Shown here in pieces: positions 1-12,076 of a stretch of DNA of 64,000 nt. The translations under genes and the position numbers were made by a program. Source of the DNA: Ascidiella aspersa (lineage: Eukaryota); contig OZ004610.1 in assembly GCA_963924565.1 (NCBI GenBank), forward strand, positions 12,896,001-12,960,000, in the 5' to 3' direction. Within the stretch, counting starts at the first letter, position 1; each line of letters starts with the position of its first letter. Below the pieces are notes generated by a model, which saw only the letters and a list, made by a program, of their open reading frames with translations, was not told the origin of the DNA and made no database searches.

Positions 1-37
1 AGACCCATGTCATCAAAGAAATGAAAACGAGCGCCAT
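1..37 (-). CDS. Astacin-family metalloprotease paralog C, exon 1 (signal peptide start; gene continues off the left edge of the window)
   Basis: The reverse complement of 1-37 reads ATG GCG CTC GTT TTC ATT TCT TTG ATG ACA TGG GTC ([12 protein letters not shown]). This is almost identical to the start of copy B at 12077 ([12 protein letters not shown]). The upstream TATA and bZIP motifs are also conserved. Confidence 0.8.
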   Translation of the reverse strand, partial: MALVFISLMTWV

Positions 38-104
38 GTTTTGTCTCGCAGTTTGTTCGATGCAATCAAAATAGTGAACTGCTTTCAATGATGTTGGTTT
101 CTAT

Positions 105-212
105 TTTTATAGGTTTTTACAGAAAACAATAATAAACCGGTATTACGTCATCACTTTTCCACAAGCCATTTTAATCCGCTTAGTCGTTGAGTCAATTGGT
201 TAACGTTAGTCA
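105..212 (-). promoter_or_regulatory. Proximal promoter of astacin copy C (TATA box, CRE-like site, AP-1 sites)
   Basis: Minus-strand TATAAAA at 105-111, TGACGTAA at 143-150, TGACTCA at 188-194 and TGACTAA at about 206-212. Order and spacing match copy B. Confidence 0.6.
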
Positions 213-2067
213 CTGCCGCACCTAAACCCATGTACAGCCATACCCCTTACATCAACCGGGTTTGGTGCAACATAACTTGCTTGCAAACTAGCAACACGAT
301 TGAAATACATAAACTACGCATTTTAAAGGGTTGCACTACGTTTGGCAAGCTATAAGCAAACATGTTTTTAAACCTAAAGCCACCACCGTTTAAACTACGA
401 AACTTATGCTATTAAACTGAACGCTAGATAAATTCGGTTTATTGCAATATTATCTGAAAAACTAATTATTTTTGCCTAGTTTTAAATTTTATTTTATACG
501 TTGTTGTGTTTGTAAATCTTATCTTAATAAAAATTGTTTTTTAAACAATGTATACGAATAATTAGAAATGAGTTTAGTTTGTGTATACACGAGATTATAA
601 TATATTAAGGGCATTAGGATCGCGAAATTTGTTTAATTAAACCACTTTGATTGTTTTTCATATGGCTCAAAACAATGTCCCTGGTGTTGCCGATTTATTC
701 GTTCTCATAAAAAAAAATTACTGCTAAACAAACAAAACTATTTTCGGCACTGATCGAAAAGAAATTCGACAAGAGATTTAAGTTGGTAAAAACGTTTTGT
801 TTGATGTCGCACAATCATCCAGTTTGAACTAGCGGCGACCCTGTTACGCATTACGATGGGATAGCTAACACAGAAAAACAAAAATATTCACCTACTTTAC
901 AGTCCGTTTATCCTTACAAATGTGTTGTCGCCCTTAAAATCTTAAACGCAATATTTGTTAATTGTCTTTGGTATACATTAATTTTCGCCTCGTACAAAGC
1001 GCCTTTTTAAAAGTATTACTATTTGTGGGAAAACTCCAAACGTTCAATTTACTTCGTCTCAAGCCTGTAGTTCAAGTTGCCTAATTGGGATTGTTTCAAA
1101 AGTGTTGGCACAGCTTTGCTTTACCAGCACTGGTTTTAATTATTTTTCGTTGGAAAGTATGCGTGTAATAAATATGACAAACAAACATGTACCTTTATGT
1201 CTATATTCACATGTTATATATTGTCGTATATTAAAACGACCAATTTCAACAAGTTAAAGAAGTTTGATACACTCTGGCTGGATGTATACTTATTTTCAGA
1301 TTTTACTATGAGATTTGAAAGTATGTCTACTCTCGCCCGTAATCCTTTCTACCAGAAGTGTTGTGAATAGTCATTTCCGCTGCACTAATCCAATCCGTTG
1401 ATCCTTAGGTGTGAAAATGCCGCGAATTCAATGCTTTATGGATCGATGAACACATCTGTTATGAACAACAAAACAGTAGGCCATATTTAAACAGTGTGAA
1501 ATATTAGTCATAGGTTTTAAAGGGGGGAGAGGAGCATTAATATTTTTAGAGAAGTCGTACCAAAGTTACTTTGTAATGTTACTTTTTGATTATAGCGATA
1601 TATCATCCAAATCACAAAGAGTCGCATTGGACGGTAAACACAAAATGGGTAGTGTTTCTTGGTTACAAAACATAGATTATTGCATTTCTTGGTTCCAAAA
1701 GTATGTGTCTTAAAAGGTAAAAAGTGGGTCGCGTAGGCACTTTTAAAATCTGCCCCAAATTAGATTGTCATCAATTTATCCATGATATTTTTTCTCTCTA
1801 TTCAAGTTCGTCCTTACCACTGACCGAATTATTGCATCAAACGGATTTATTTGGTTTTGCAGCATTAAACTGAATTATAGTTTTTCACGTGTTTTGGGTT
1901 GCAAAGTGTTGATAAACTTAAATTTGGGTTGCACTAAAAATGTTGGGAAACCACTGGCTTAGCACATTAGTCTATTTTTTAGCTACGTACCACCTCGAAT
2001 ATTTTGCATGTAGGCTATGACTTAGCCCTTTACAATGACGAATATCGCGTGGTTTTATAATTAAATG

Positions 2068-2425
2068 TAGGGATGTCTGAAACTTAGCATTTTAATCGAT
2101 ATCCGTTATTTTAGACAAAAAATATCGCAAACCGATACCATTGACGCCATTTCTATATTCCAACAAGAAAATTGGATGAAATCCAACGTTGAAAAATTTG
2201 CTTCCCGAGTGAGTTGGCCGAAAATCGTTGATCGTTAGGAAGTTTACTTTCTTCCAGTTGATAAGCTTGTGTTGTTTTTATTATTGTACCTTCTTTAGCT
2301 TTAATCGCATAGCATGACTAAAATTTCTATAATAACTTGGTACCTAATAGGCCGATTTTATACCGGACGAATACTAGTACTTGTTACGGGTATCGGCTAC
2401 GATCCGATATTATCACACAAGCCTA
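2068..2425 (+). mobile_element. Degenerate non-autonomous DNA transposon (TAGGGATGTC... terminus; same family as 47105-47568; inverted copy at about 9850-10165)
   Basis: Begins TAGGGATGTCTGAAAC and carries CCGATA/TATCGG subterminal repeats. The 3' part (CGGGTATCGGCT.CGATC..ATATTATC) is shared with the element in intron 2 of the TIR gene. Confidence 0.55.
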
Positions 2426-2960
2426 TATAGGCTTAAACATTCTTCTCGCTCGTCGCATAAGCGTTAGCAACGATTTCATTGCATAATTTTGTTTCTCTCG
2501 GGTATCCCAGTTTGAGAACGCCTGGTTAATGGATTTTGCATAATGGCTGTTGTGCTCAGCTGCATGCCTGCACCTCAATCACACAAGATTGTGAGAAATG
2601 CTAAAACATCAAAAATCGGAATAATTCATATCGGTTCTCTGTTTTACGAGAAAAAAACTAATATGAAAAAAATTAACAGAAAATCTACGAAGTGTTTTGA
2701 GCTGAAAAAGTCCTCGAAATAGGTTCAAACATATATTAGAAAAACCAAGGGGAATAATGCGACCTCGAAAATGTTTTGCTTTTCAATATAGTTAAAATAT
2801 AAAAAAAAAAAAACATAATTTGTAAGGCATATGCCCGTAACAAATATGTAATTTTCCTGTAGGCTGACTTGACGAACTTGTTGTAATTTTATATGTTGTC
2901 ATTTTGCAAGCAAATAATGTTACGAGGATGAGTAATAAAAATACGAATCTGCGAAAGGAT

Positions 2961-3090
2961 TTACGCAAATGACTAACGTCCATCCAGGAACGGTGTGAAA
3001 AAATAGCATCGAAAAATGGTGACGTAATATCCTTTTATTGTTTAAGGTTAGAGCGTATAAAAGCGTCGACGCGATTAACATCATTCAAAG
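2961..3090 (+). promoter_or_regulatory. Proximal promoter of astacin copy A
   Basis: TTACGCAA (C/EBP-like) at 2961-2968, TGACTAA at 2970-2976, TGACGTAA at 3020-3027, TATAAAA at 3056-3062, and Inr-like TCATTC at 3081-3086, 25 nt after the TATA start. Confidence 0.6.
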
Positions 3091-3135
3091 CAGTTTGAGT
3101 ATTTCAAATACATGAACCCAACGTTGAAACAAAAT

Positions 3136-6100
3136 ATGGCGGTCGTTTTCCTTTCTATGATGGTAGCTGTCTTGATAATGGCACCGGCCCTTGGTAAGTT
3201 GTTGTGAAAGTGTTAAATAAAATAAATATACTGAGTTACAAGGCTATTTTTATATTCAGATACAAATATTTGAGATTTAATAAGGTACATTTATTGCAGG
3301 AGTTCCACTTCAAAAGGATATTTGCGAAGAAATTTATTTGTCACTAAGCAAGGAACGATCGAGTGAAGTCAATGCTCCCAACCCGATCGACATAAACTAT
3401 TGTCTTAGTAAGAGTCCTATTTATCAGTATGTTGTTCATATCCTGTATACATATATTCAATGAATGAACGGTTCACAATCGTCTGAAAAGGCCAGTGTTA
3501 CGTCTGCAATACATAGTCAAGATGTTTTCAATTACCGTATCCAACAGTTTTTGAAGCAGTAGCGATGGATTTTTTTATCTATCCTTAACTTTGTATTTCG
3601 TCAGACATCATTCAGAGCCATGATGAAGTTAAATGCACATTTAACGCGACAAATTGCGATCAAGTCTGTTCGTTGTTGGCTTCGAACGCGACCCATTCGG
3701 TTGTCAGGTGAGCTGCGAGTGTAAAAGCGACGGACTCTTCGAGGAAGATATCAGATATGACTCCAAAGATTTGCCGTTCATCGCACAAGTGAGTATGATG
3801 TAGTGTAAAATATGTAAAAATAATAAGTCACATGGGCCAAGCCTAAAAATAGTTTTTACTTGTTGCGTTTTTCATATTATATTTAGTTTGTTTTAGTTTT
3901 TTAACCGTACGCGCGAACCAAACATCACATATCATTCAAAAATAGAATATCTACAATTATGTATGTGTTTTGGATTGATTGGTTTTGTCCACTTTTATAA
4001 AATTTATTCTATTATATTTTTCAATTGTTTCCAGACTTACCTAGGAACGCCAAAAGATGTTCAAGAAGCAGCTTCGACTGGGTTTGGTAAATGGGATGAA
4101 GTTCGTCAAAGCGGGCGTGTTAAAGTTCCCTACACCGTTAGTACAGCAATGAGTAAGTTCTTGTATAATCTGTGGGTTTAATAACTTTTATGCTAACATT
4201 TGTAAGTAAACGAAATACTGAAAAAAGTTAACAATACCTTGGTATTTTCCAGACGACAAAGCGCAAAAAGCCATAACCGACGCCATCGCTCCTTATAGCA
4301 ACAAGACTTGCATCGATTTTGTCGCGAGGAACAGCGAAAGAAATTACATCAATTTCATTTCAAGTGGCGGATGCTGGTAAGTAGGATGCTCGACAGAGAT
4401 ATACTGCCTAAATAAAACAGGTTTACATTATTTTTATGGCTAACTTGCAACGCTTTTTTACGTAGGCTACTCGAAAAACAAGTTTTGACATGGCCATATA
4501 ATTGGAATACATAAAGTAAATAAAAACAACATGTTAGAGAGCATAAACAACTAAAACCCACCACAGGCCATTTTAACAAGCAAAAAACGATCGGGGTTTG
4601 TATATTATCGCAGGTCTTACATTGGACGACGGGGCGGAAGACAGGACATCTCAATCGGCAACGGGTGCGAATGGAAGGGAGTGGTCCAGCACGAACTCAT
4701 GCACGCGCTGGGATTCTGGCACGAACAGTCCAGGCCGGATCGGGATGATCACATCAAGGTGCAACTAGAGAACGTTTCTCCTGGTGAGTTGTACTTTTAC
4801 TCAAACGTCTGAATTCGTTTTTTTTTTAACGTATTGATAACATGGATACGTTATGCTCAGTATTTTAAAAATCATGTTAGAGTTGTTTTAAAACTAAAAT
4901 TAGTGCCGAGATAGATATTTTCTGTGCAATACATTCTAACAAAAAAAAATATTATATCATTTTCGATAAACAGTTATAGCTATGACTCAAAACGATAATT
5001 GTTTTCATACCGTTTACCAATTTTTAGGAAAAGAACACAACTTCAAAAAGCGCACTTCTGTCGATTCGCTGGGATCTCCGTACGACACCAACTCGATCAT
5101 GCATTACGGAGGCTACGCCTTTTCCAAGAACCTTAAGCCAACCATCCTCCTCCGATCCACTAACCTCCCGATCCGATCCCAGAGAAACGGGTTTACAGAT
5201 CAGGATGTCTTCCAGATAAACGCCCTCTATCAATGTACTGGAACAAACGTCATAACTACAACTACAGCTGCACCAACTCGTAAGGGATATTAAAAAAAAT
5301 ACATCAATACTAGTACAATACAATTTTTAATAACTGACTGATTGGATTGTCAATTCGTACATTATTCTCTAGAAACGTGGTCGACGTGGGGATCCTGGGG
5401 CAAGTGTTCCGTCACGTGCGGCGCCGGGGTTCGAACCAGAAGCCGAACTTGCGTCATGAGTAGGACTTCGGGATGCTCAGGAATGTCCTCTCAAGTTGCA
5501 AAATGCCAAGTGAAGGCCTGTGTGGTAACCACAACTACGAGTCCCCCCACCAGCGCATCTTCAGGGTCGTGGGGATCTTGGCAGTCGTGGAGTTCGTGCT
5601 CGAAAACTTGCGGCAGAGGGTACCGCTGGAGGTCAGTGTTTAGTCCAAACTTGGATCACATAGCTCGCTTCTTTATGGACAGTGACCTAATTAAATATTT
5701 TAGAGGATTTGTAGAAAACCTGATTGCCTATGTTATGTTATGATTTTTCACACATTACTTTACTTTATTACAGATATAGACCTTGCCGTGGTGGCTTTGC
5801 TGGCCAGTCTGGATGCCCTGGATCGGCCTGGCAAGGAACAAGTTGCAACATAAAGGAATGCACACCTACACCAGGTATGTGGAAAATATATCAAATAACA
5901 AATGGCGAGAAAACGAATAATGTTTTTGAATGCTTACTATTTCAGTCGCTAAACACCCTTGAATTAAATTGTAAATGTTTTTTTTTAAGAATTTGAGTTC
6001 CTAAGAAACATGTTTTGAATCTTGCCCAAAGATCACATTCATATGAGTGTTTTTTTAAACAATAAAACTCGCATTTCAGAATCGTCGCTATTCAACACCC

Positions 6101-6835
6101 ATGGATGGGAATCAAGCAGGCAAATTTGTCGGTACGGAAAAATCTACTCAGGAGATTTTAACGGCGATGGTCGACAGGATCTAGTTTGCTACTATTCCGA
6201 TCATTGGACGTAAGTTGTCGTTACTCCAGAACCGTTAGTTTTTGATATAATTCTCAAAGTAATGTATTGTTTTGTAGTATCACGTACCTGGCAAGTTCCC
6301 GTGGACAATACCTCATCTCAAGCCAGAAACAAGTTTCCACCTGTTCGACATTCCAGCGACCCGGAAAGATTGTGATCGGCCACCTTAACGGCGATGGAAG
6401 GGACGACTTGTTGTGCCAAGATTTAAGCACTGGGTAGGAATTTAAAAGTTGATCAAAATACTAAGGACACACTGAATTGCATAGCAATAGAAAATAGTCT
6501 GGTATTAATATTTTTCTGTTTCTGAGGGATATCTGGTGCTGTTAACTTTTCAAATTCGAAATAAAGTTTATATACCTTAATTTTAAATTACAAATTTATA
6601 TTTGACATTCAAAACTACAAATAATATATTTTGCTTCAGCAACATCCGAGCTACATTCACGAGCTCAACTGGCTTCAACAACTACGTGAGTTGGAAAGGA
6701 TCCTTCGACAAGTTCTGCGTCAACGACCGCGACGTTCTCATGCTGATTGATGTGAATGGAGACAAACTTGCCGATCTTGTTTGCAAAAGTAGCAGCGGCC
6801 TTGTCACCGTGCTTCGCAACCAGTTCAAAGTTTAA
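3136..6835 (+). pseudogene. Astacin-family (M12A) metalloprotease with antistasin-like, TSP1 and FG-GAP domains, copy A; frameshifted in exon 3 (probable pseudogene or null allele, or an assembly error)
   Basis: 12 GT-AG exons: 3136-3193 (in-frame upstream ATG at 3112), 3300-3407, 3605-3788, 4035-4152, 4253-4376, 4614-4783, 5028-5279, 5373-5631, 5774-5874, 6080-6209, 6278-6433, 6640-6835. The [19 protein letters not shown] zinc motif and the SIMHY Met-turn are intact. Exon 3 is 184 nt versus 185 nt in copy B (TGT TC GTT vs TGT CCC GTT at about 3670), which gives TGA at 3709-3711. Confidence 0.75.
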
Positions 6836-8014
6836 TCATTTTAAAGTTTAATCACGTCTACTTTTAATCGTCTATATTCAGACTAGTCTTTTGTGATGGC
6901 TATTAGGATTTTTGCATGTCAATTTATGATTATAAATGGTAAACGGATATATCAAGCATATGCAGAAATCATGTTTTATTATACTCAAATGTGCTATTTG
7001 TGGTCGTATTTCTTGTTTTTTGTGTGAACTAGATTTACGCTTAACCCATATGTTACAGTTTCTTTGTAATAGTTTAAACCAACTGACAAAGTTAATTTTA
7101 CTTGCAAGGTATGACGCGATAATTCTGTATGATAATTCGATAGGGTGTTTTTATTGGCAAATGCAGCATGAGAGGCAAAAACGTGTATTGAACTGCAGTT
7201 AATTGTTCGACCAACTTTATTTGGGATGTTTCAAATCGGCCTAATTGCATAAACAACACCAACAGTTAGATTTTAAAGCGAATCAAAAATTAAACATCAT
7301 AATTTAACTTAGATAAGTATTGAAGGGACCTTTTTTTTAGTCGTACTATGGTTTACGGGAAAGACGAGAAAATCTATCTTGGGCGAACAATGACAATCTT
7401 TACATTTGCAAGAAACGTTTACATTTGCAAAAAAACTCTTTTACGCTTTGAAAGGAAAAATGGTATTGTTTTGTAGTGTACAAAAAATAACAAAAACTTT
7501 GGCAATAAAAAATAAAATATTGTTTGGTGCCACGATAAAATTTATGAGGCAATTCCTGAAAGTTTATGAAACCATAACTGGCACGAAGAGACTGGGATTA
7601 TTTCATTGGTAATGAATGCTTGAAAGGAAGTTATATTTTAAAAATCCGAATAAAAGGTTTCACTAAAGTTAAATGTGATAACAAAAAATGCAGAACACCG
7701 GTCGGTTTGACGAAAAACAAGTCTCATATAATTATCTACTTATAATAACTTTGACTTGTCAAAAAGTCTTTGTCACAATTAAAAAGTTAGGTGAAAATTT
7801 GTCAAATTTATTTCAAGTTATAATATGCAAATAAATCGTTTACAAAACTAAAAAAAGTATAGTCAGCTTTTTAAAAATGTTGTTTTGTTAAATTTTTTTA
7901 TAAAAGTATAGTTTTAAATTATATTCAGCGCCATTTTAACTGTAATATATCTTCATAAGAGTAATATTACGGTATACGCGAGTCGGCAGAGTGAACCACC
8001 CAGGTGTTTATAGT

Positions 8015-8965
8015 CTGTGTTGTAAACAAGTCATTTTGAAATGACTTAAGTCCCAGTCAAGTCATTCGTAAAATAACTTAAGTACAAGTCAAGTCTTTTT
8101 GAATAAATAACAAGTCAAGTCCCAGTCCATGTTATCGGTTGCCCAAAGTCAAGTCCCAGTCAAGTCATTGTTAGAGCAAGTCAACTTCAAGTCCAGTGTG
8201 GGGCACGAGTTTAGTAGTTGAGGTTTCTGACTCTCGCTTTAAGGTAACTTGAAGGTTGCGTGCGTATAACTCGTTAGCCAACCACAAGACGTATAGGTTA
8301 ATAGAATTGTATTATCTGATAAGCGAACAACCAGTTAAACTATAGAAGGCGGACAAGTTAGCATATAGAAGATGCTACATGCAATATCAAAGTTGCAAAC
8401 AGGAAGACGATAACTGAGAAGAAGTTTTTCTTACAAGCGGAAGGCGGTCTTAAATAGCTACCGACAATCAAACTGCTGACCGCCGAGATAATCGCGGAAC
8501 GGACATTTAGCATTTACACTTTGGTGCGAGTACAATAAATCTGGGGCATAAGCCGTTACAGTATAAATTGCACAATAAACACAAAATCTCTTAGTCGGTA
8601 AATAGCCGTGCGCTCCACCAGCCCTTGTCAAAAAAATAAAACTTTAAATTAATAAAACCGGCAAACTCCTCCGATCATTATGGGCAACTCAAGTCAAAAA
8701 TAATATAAAAGCAGCATATAACAAGCAAATTCTTTTATGTGCAAAGATTGGGCTAAATATCGCAATTTTATAATTAATTGCTTAATTAAAACAATTTATT
8801 TTAACCCAAGTCCAAATGACTTAAGTCAAGTCAAGTCATTTGCCCAAAAGACTTAAGTCAAGTCAAGTCTTTTTGCCCAAAAGACTTGAGTCAAGTCAAG
8901 TCATTTAAAAACAGTGACTTAAGTGCACTTAAGTCAAGTCATTGACCTAAGTCATTACAACACTG
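8015..8965. mobile_element. Non-autonomous hAT-like DNA transposon with (CAAGT/AAGTC)n subterminal repeats
   Basis: Termini CTGTGTTGTAA...TTACAACACTG form an imperfect TIR. They are flanked by 8-bp TTTATAGT/TCTATAGT (7/8 TSD). Dense AAGTC/GACTT pentamer arrays lie at 8028-8195 and 8808-8955. Confidence 0.75.
8197..8560 (+). mobile_element. Possible solo LTR nested in the hAT-like element
   Basis: A 364-bp block interrupts the AAGTC array. It starts TGTGG, ends GTTACA, and contains a TATA-like TTAAATA (about 8450) and AATAAA (8534-8539) about 20 nt before the end. No clean TSD is visible. Confidence 0.3.
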
Positions 8966-10269
8966 TCTATAGTTTATCGTATTAGGTTCAGCTCGAACTT
9001 CGTTTTTGCTTTATATAGTAGAGTTTTCTGATTTGAACAATTATAAGCCCATCGAACAGTATTTGCTGTCTTTTTTGCTTGTGATTTACAATTATCCATT
9101 TTATATTTCGATGCTAGGTCTTTGTTAAATTTGTGCAAATATTTTTACCTTGTATTTCAACGGTTTGCACAACATTCTTCTAAAATAACCAGCGTCTTGT
9201 TTTCTTTGGCTTTTTATAATTGTTTGTCTTTTATAAACGACAAAAATATCGACTAAGCATTTTCATGAGTTTTGCATAAACCCGAAAAAACAACCGACTT
9301 GGTTGCGACCGGTAGGCCTAATCAGTAAAACATCAAAAACCTGTGGTTGAGGACGCCAATACACTAATGTAGTACCTTAAACAACAATATGTTGTTTAAA
9401 TAAAATTTAATTTTAATAGGTTAAAATTTTGTAAAAAAATCGATTTTTAGGTAAAATTTGTCAAAATTTTTTTTAATTTTTTAGGCAAAAAACAAACGTA
9501 CTTTTCAGCGGCGAGTCACTTGTTGTTAATGTCGACAAATCAGCAAATTATCTGTGCATTTAACACGGTTGCGCTCTGGATAATTATTAAATAAAACTGG
9601 GGTACGGGAGATTTTCAAAATCTCCTTTCAAACTGGGGTACGGGAGAGAACCAAAATTATTTAATGAAATCGTTGCTACGCTAATGTAACAAGCGAGAAA
9701 AGTTTTAAGCCTACTAAGTATAACTACAAAATCACTATGCTATTTGTCCGTTTCATAACGAATCAGCTGATGACATTAAAAGTAGTGCATGTGATTTTAT
9801 CTATACGTATTTTGCTAAAGTCAGGACTGAATTAAGTCGCGGCTTTCAACTAGGTATGTATAATAACATTTGATCGGAGCCGATATCCGTTCCAAGTGGT
9901 ATTATTTGTCCGACCTGGAATCGGTGCCTATCCGGTACACAATAATAGAAATTTCAGCTATGCGATCAAACAAAGAAAGTAAACTTTTTAACGATAAAGC
10001 AATTTTCGGCCAATCCACTTAGGAAGAAAATTGTTGAATGCTTGAATTTCATCCAATTTTCTTAATGGAGTATACAAATAACGTCAATGGCATCGGTTTG
10101 CGATATTTTTTGTCTAAAATAACGGATATCGAAATAAAATGTCAAGTGTTAGACATTCCTACATCTAACCATAAAAACACGTGTTATTCGTTATTGTTAA
10201 ATGGTAAGTCAAACATGCAAAATATTTGATACGTAGCCAAAAACCAAAAATAGACTAATGTGCTAAGGC

Positions 10270-10541
10270 CAGTGGTTCCCAAACATTTTCAGTGAAACCC
10301 AAATTTGAATTTATCGACACTTTGAAACCCAAAACACGTAAGAAACAACAACTCAAATTTAATGCGACAAAACCAAAGAAGTGCGCGTGATGCAATAATT
10401 CAGTCGGTTGGGATGGAACGAACTTAAATAGAAAGAAAAAAGTTCATGGATAAATTTTTAACAATCTAATCTTGGGCCAATTTTGGTAGCTTCTGCGCAA
10501 CCCACTTTGTTACCCTTCGAGACACATACTTGGGAACCAAG
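10270..10541 (+). mobile_element. Degenerate hAT (Charlie/Buster-like) MITE; inverted duplicate at about 1685-1955
   Basis: Starts CAGTGGTTCCCAAAC and ends with degenerate TTGGGAACCAAG. It has internal (G)CAACCCA(C) motifs typical of these MITEs. Confidence 0.5.
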
Positions 10542-11888
10542 AAATGCTATACTTTTTGTGTTCACTGTCCAGTGCGACTTAATATGAGTTGAATGATATA
10601 TCGTTTCAATAGAAACGTAACATTACAACGTAACTTTGGTGCAACTTTTCTCAAAATGTTTATGCCCTTCACCCTCCCCCCTTTAAACCCATGACTAATA
10701 GTTCACACTGTTTTAATCTGAAACTACTGTTTTGGTGTTAATAAGAGTTGTTTTCATCGATTCATGAAGCGTTGATTCGGGGCATTTTTACACCTAAGGA
10801 TGAACGGATTGGATTAGTGCAGCGGAAATGACTATTCACAACACTACTGGTAGGAAGGATTACGGGCGAGAGTATAGGCATACTTTCAAATCTCATAGTA
10901 AAATCTGAAAATAAGTATACATTCAGCTAAACTGTATTACACTCATTTAACTCCTTGATATAATGTACGACAAGATAAAAAAGATTATTTTGGACATATA
11001 GGTAGCCTACATGTTTGTTTGTGATGTTTGTCAAACGTAAAGTTTAGAACTAAAAAAATGAAAACCAGTGCTGGTAAAGCAATGCTGAGCTAACACATTT
11101 AACAATCCCAAGTACTTCAACTACAGGATTGAGACATGACTAAGTGAACGGACGTTTGGCATTTGTCCACAAATAGTCGTATACTTTTAAAAAGGTGCTT
11201 TGGCGAGGCGAAAATTAACGCAAACCAAATTTTACGCTTACGATTTTAAGGGCGACAACAAATTTGTAAAGACAAACGGATTGTTTAGTTCTTTGGGTGA
11301 ATATTTTCTGTGTTTCCTGTGTTAGCTATCCTATCATAATGCATAACAGGGTCGCCGTTATTTCAAACTGGATGATTTTGTAGTAACAATTAAAACGTTT
11401 TAACCAACCTAAATCTCTTGTTTAAATTTTCTTTGATTACTGCCGCAAATATTTTTGTTAGTTTTCAAAGTGATTTATTTAAGCAAAATTCGCGCCGCCC
11501 CCAGTTCCTTTTATTCCTTATCTCGTTTCAAGGCGGACCCAACACACGCAACTTTAAGCATGTTGGAAAATGTCATTCAATATAATGGTCTCTAATCGTA
11601 CACAACTAATTGTATTAACTATCAAGAAGCTTACCAATTGAGCAAAAGCAGATTTTTTTCTTAATTACCTATCGGCACCCTTGAGCATTAGAAATGGGCG
11701 CAGGGCGCTAAACGATGGTTTACGTATAAAAAAATGTTTGCTTATGGTATGCCAAATGTAGTGCAATCCTTTGAGAAGCCCACATATTTTATGTATTTTA
11801 ATTGTATTGCTAATTTGCAAGCAAGTTATGTTGCACGAAAGACAGGCAATGTAAGAGGTATTACTGTACATGGGTTTAGTTATGGCAG

Positions 11889-12030
11889 TGACTAACGTTA
11901 TCCAATTGACTCAACGACTAAGCGGATTAAAATGGCCTGAGGAAAAGTGATGACGTAATACCGGTTTATCATTGTTTTCCGTGAAAACCTATAAAAATGG
12001 AAAGCGTCGAAGCAAGAAACATCATTGAAA
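11889..12030 (+). promoter_or_regulatory. Proximal promoter of astacin copy B
   Basis: TGACTAA at 11889-11895, TGACTCA (AP-1) at 11907-11913, TGACGTAA at 11951-11958, TATAAAA at 11990-11996, and Inr-like TCATT at about 12022. Confidence 0.6.
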
Positions 12031-12076
12031 GCAGTTCAATTATTTTGATTGCAACAAACAAACTGCGAGACAAAAC

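Larger units (their letters stand above)
1..2430 (-). repeat. Inverted segmental duplicate of about 9850-12113 (astacin B upstream region and exon 1)
   Basis: Colinear reverse-complement blocks throughout. Examples: 1280-1420 matches 10785-10920 almost exactly, 1930-1975 matches 10250-10300, and 2340-2425 matches 9850-9935. Confidence 0.9.

Noticed and set aside
4355-5323. Minus-strand ORFs antisense to astacin exons (also 13551-14212)
   Set aside because: Shadow ORFs of the plus-strand coding exons.
8028-8955. AAGTC repeat arrays resembling a CRISPR or iteron array
   Set aside because: Eukaryotic context, pentamer units without unique spacers, and bounded by TIRs and a TSD; these are transposon subterminal repeats.
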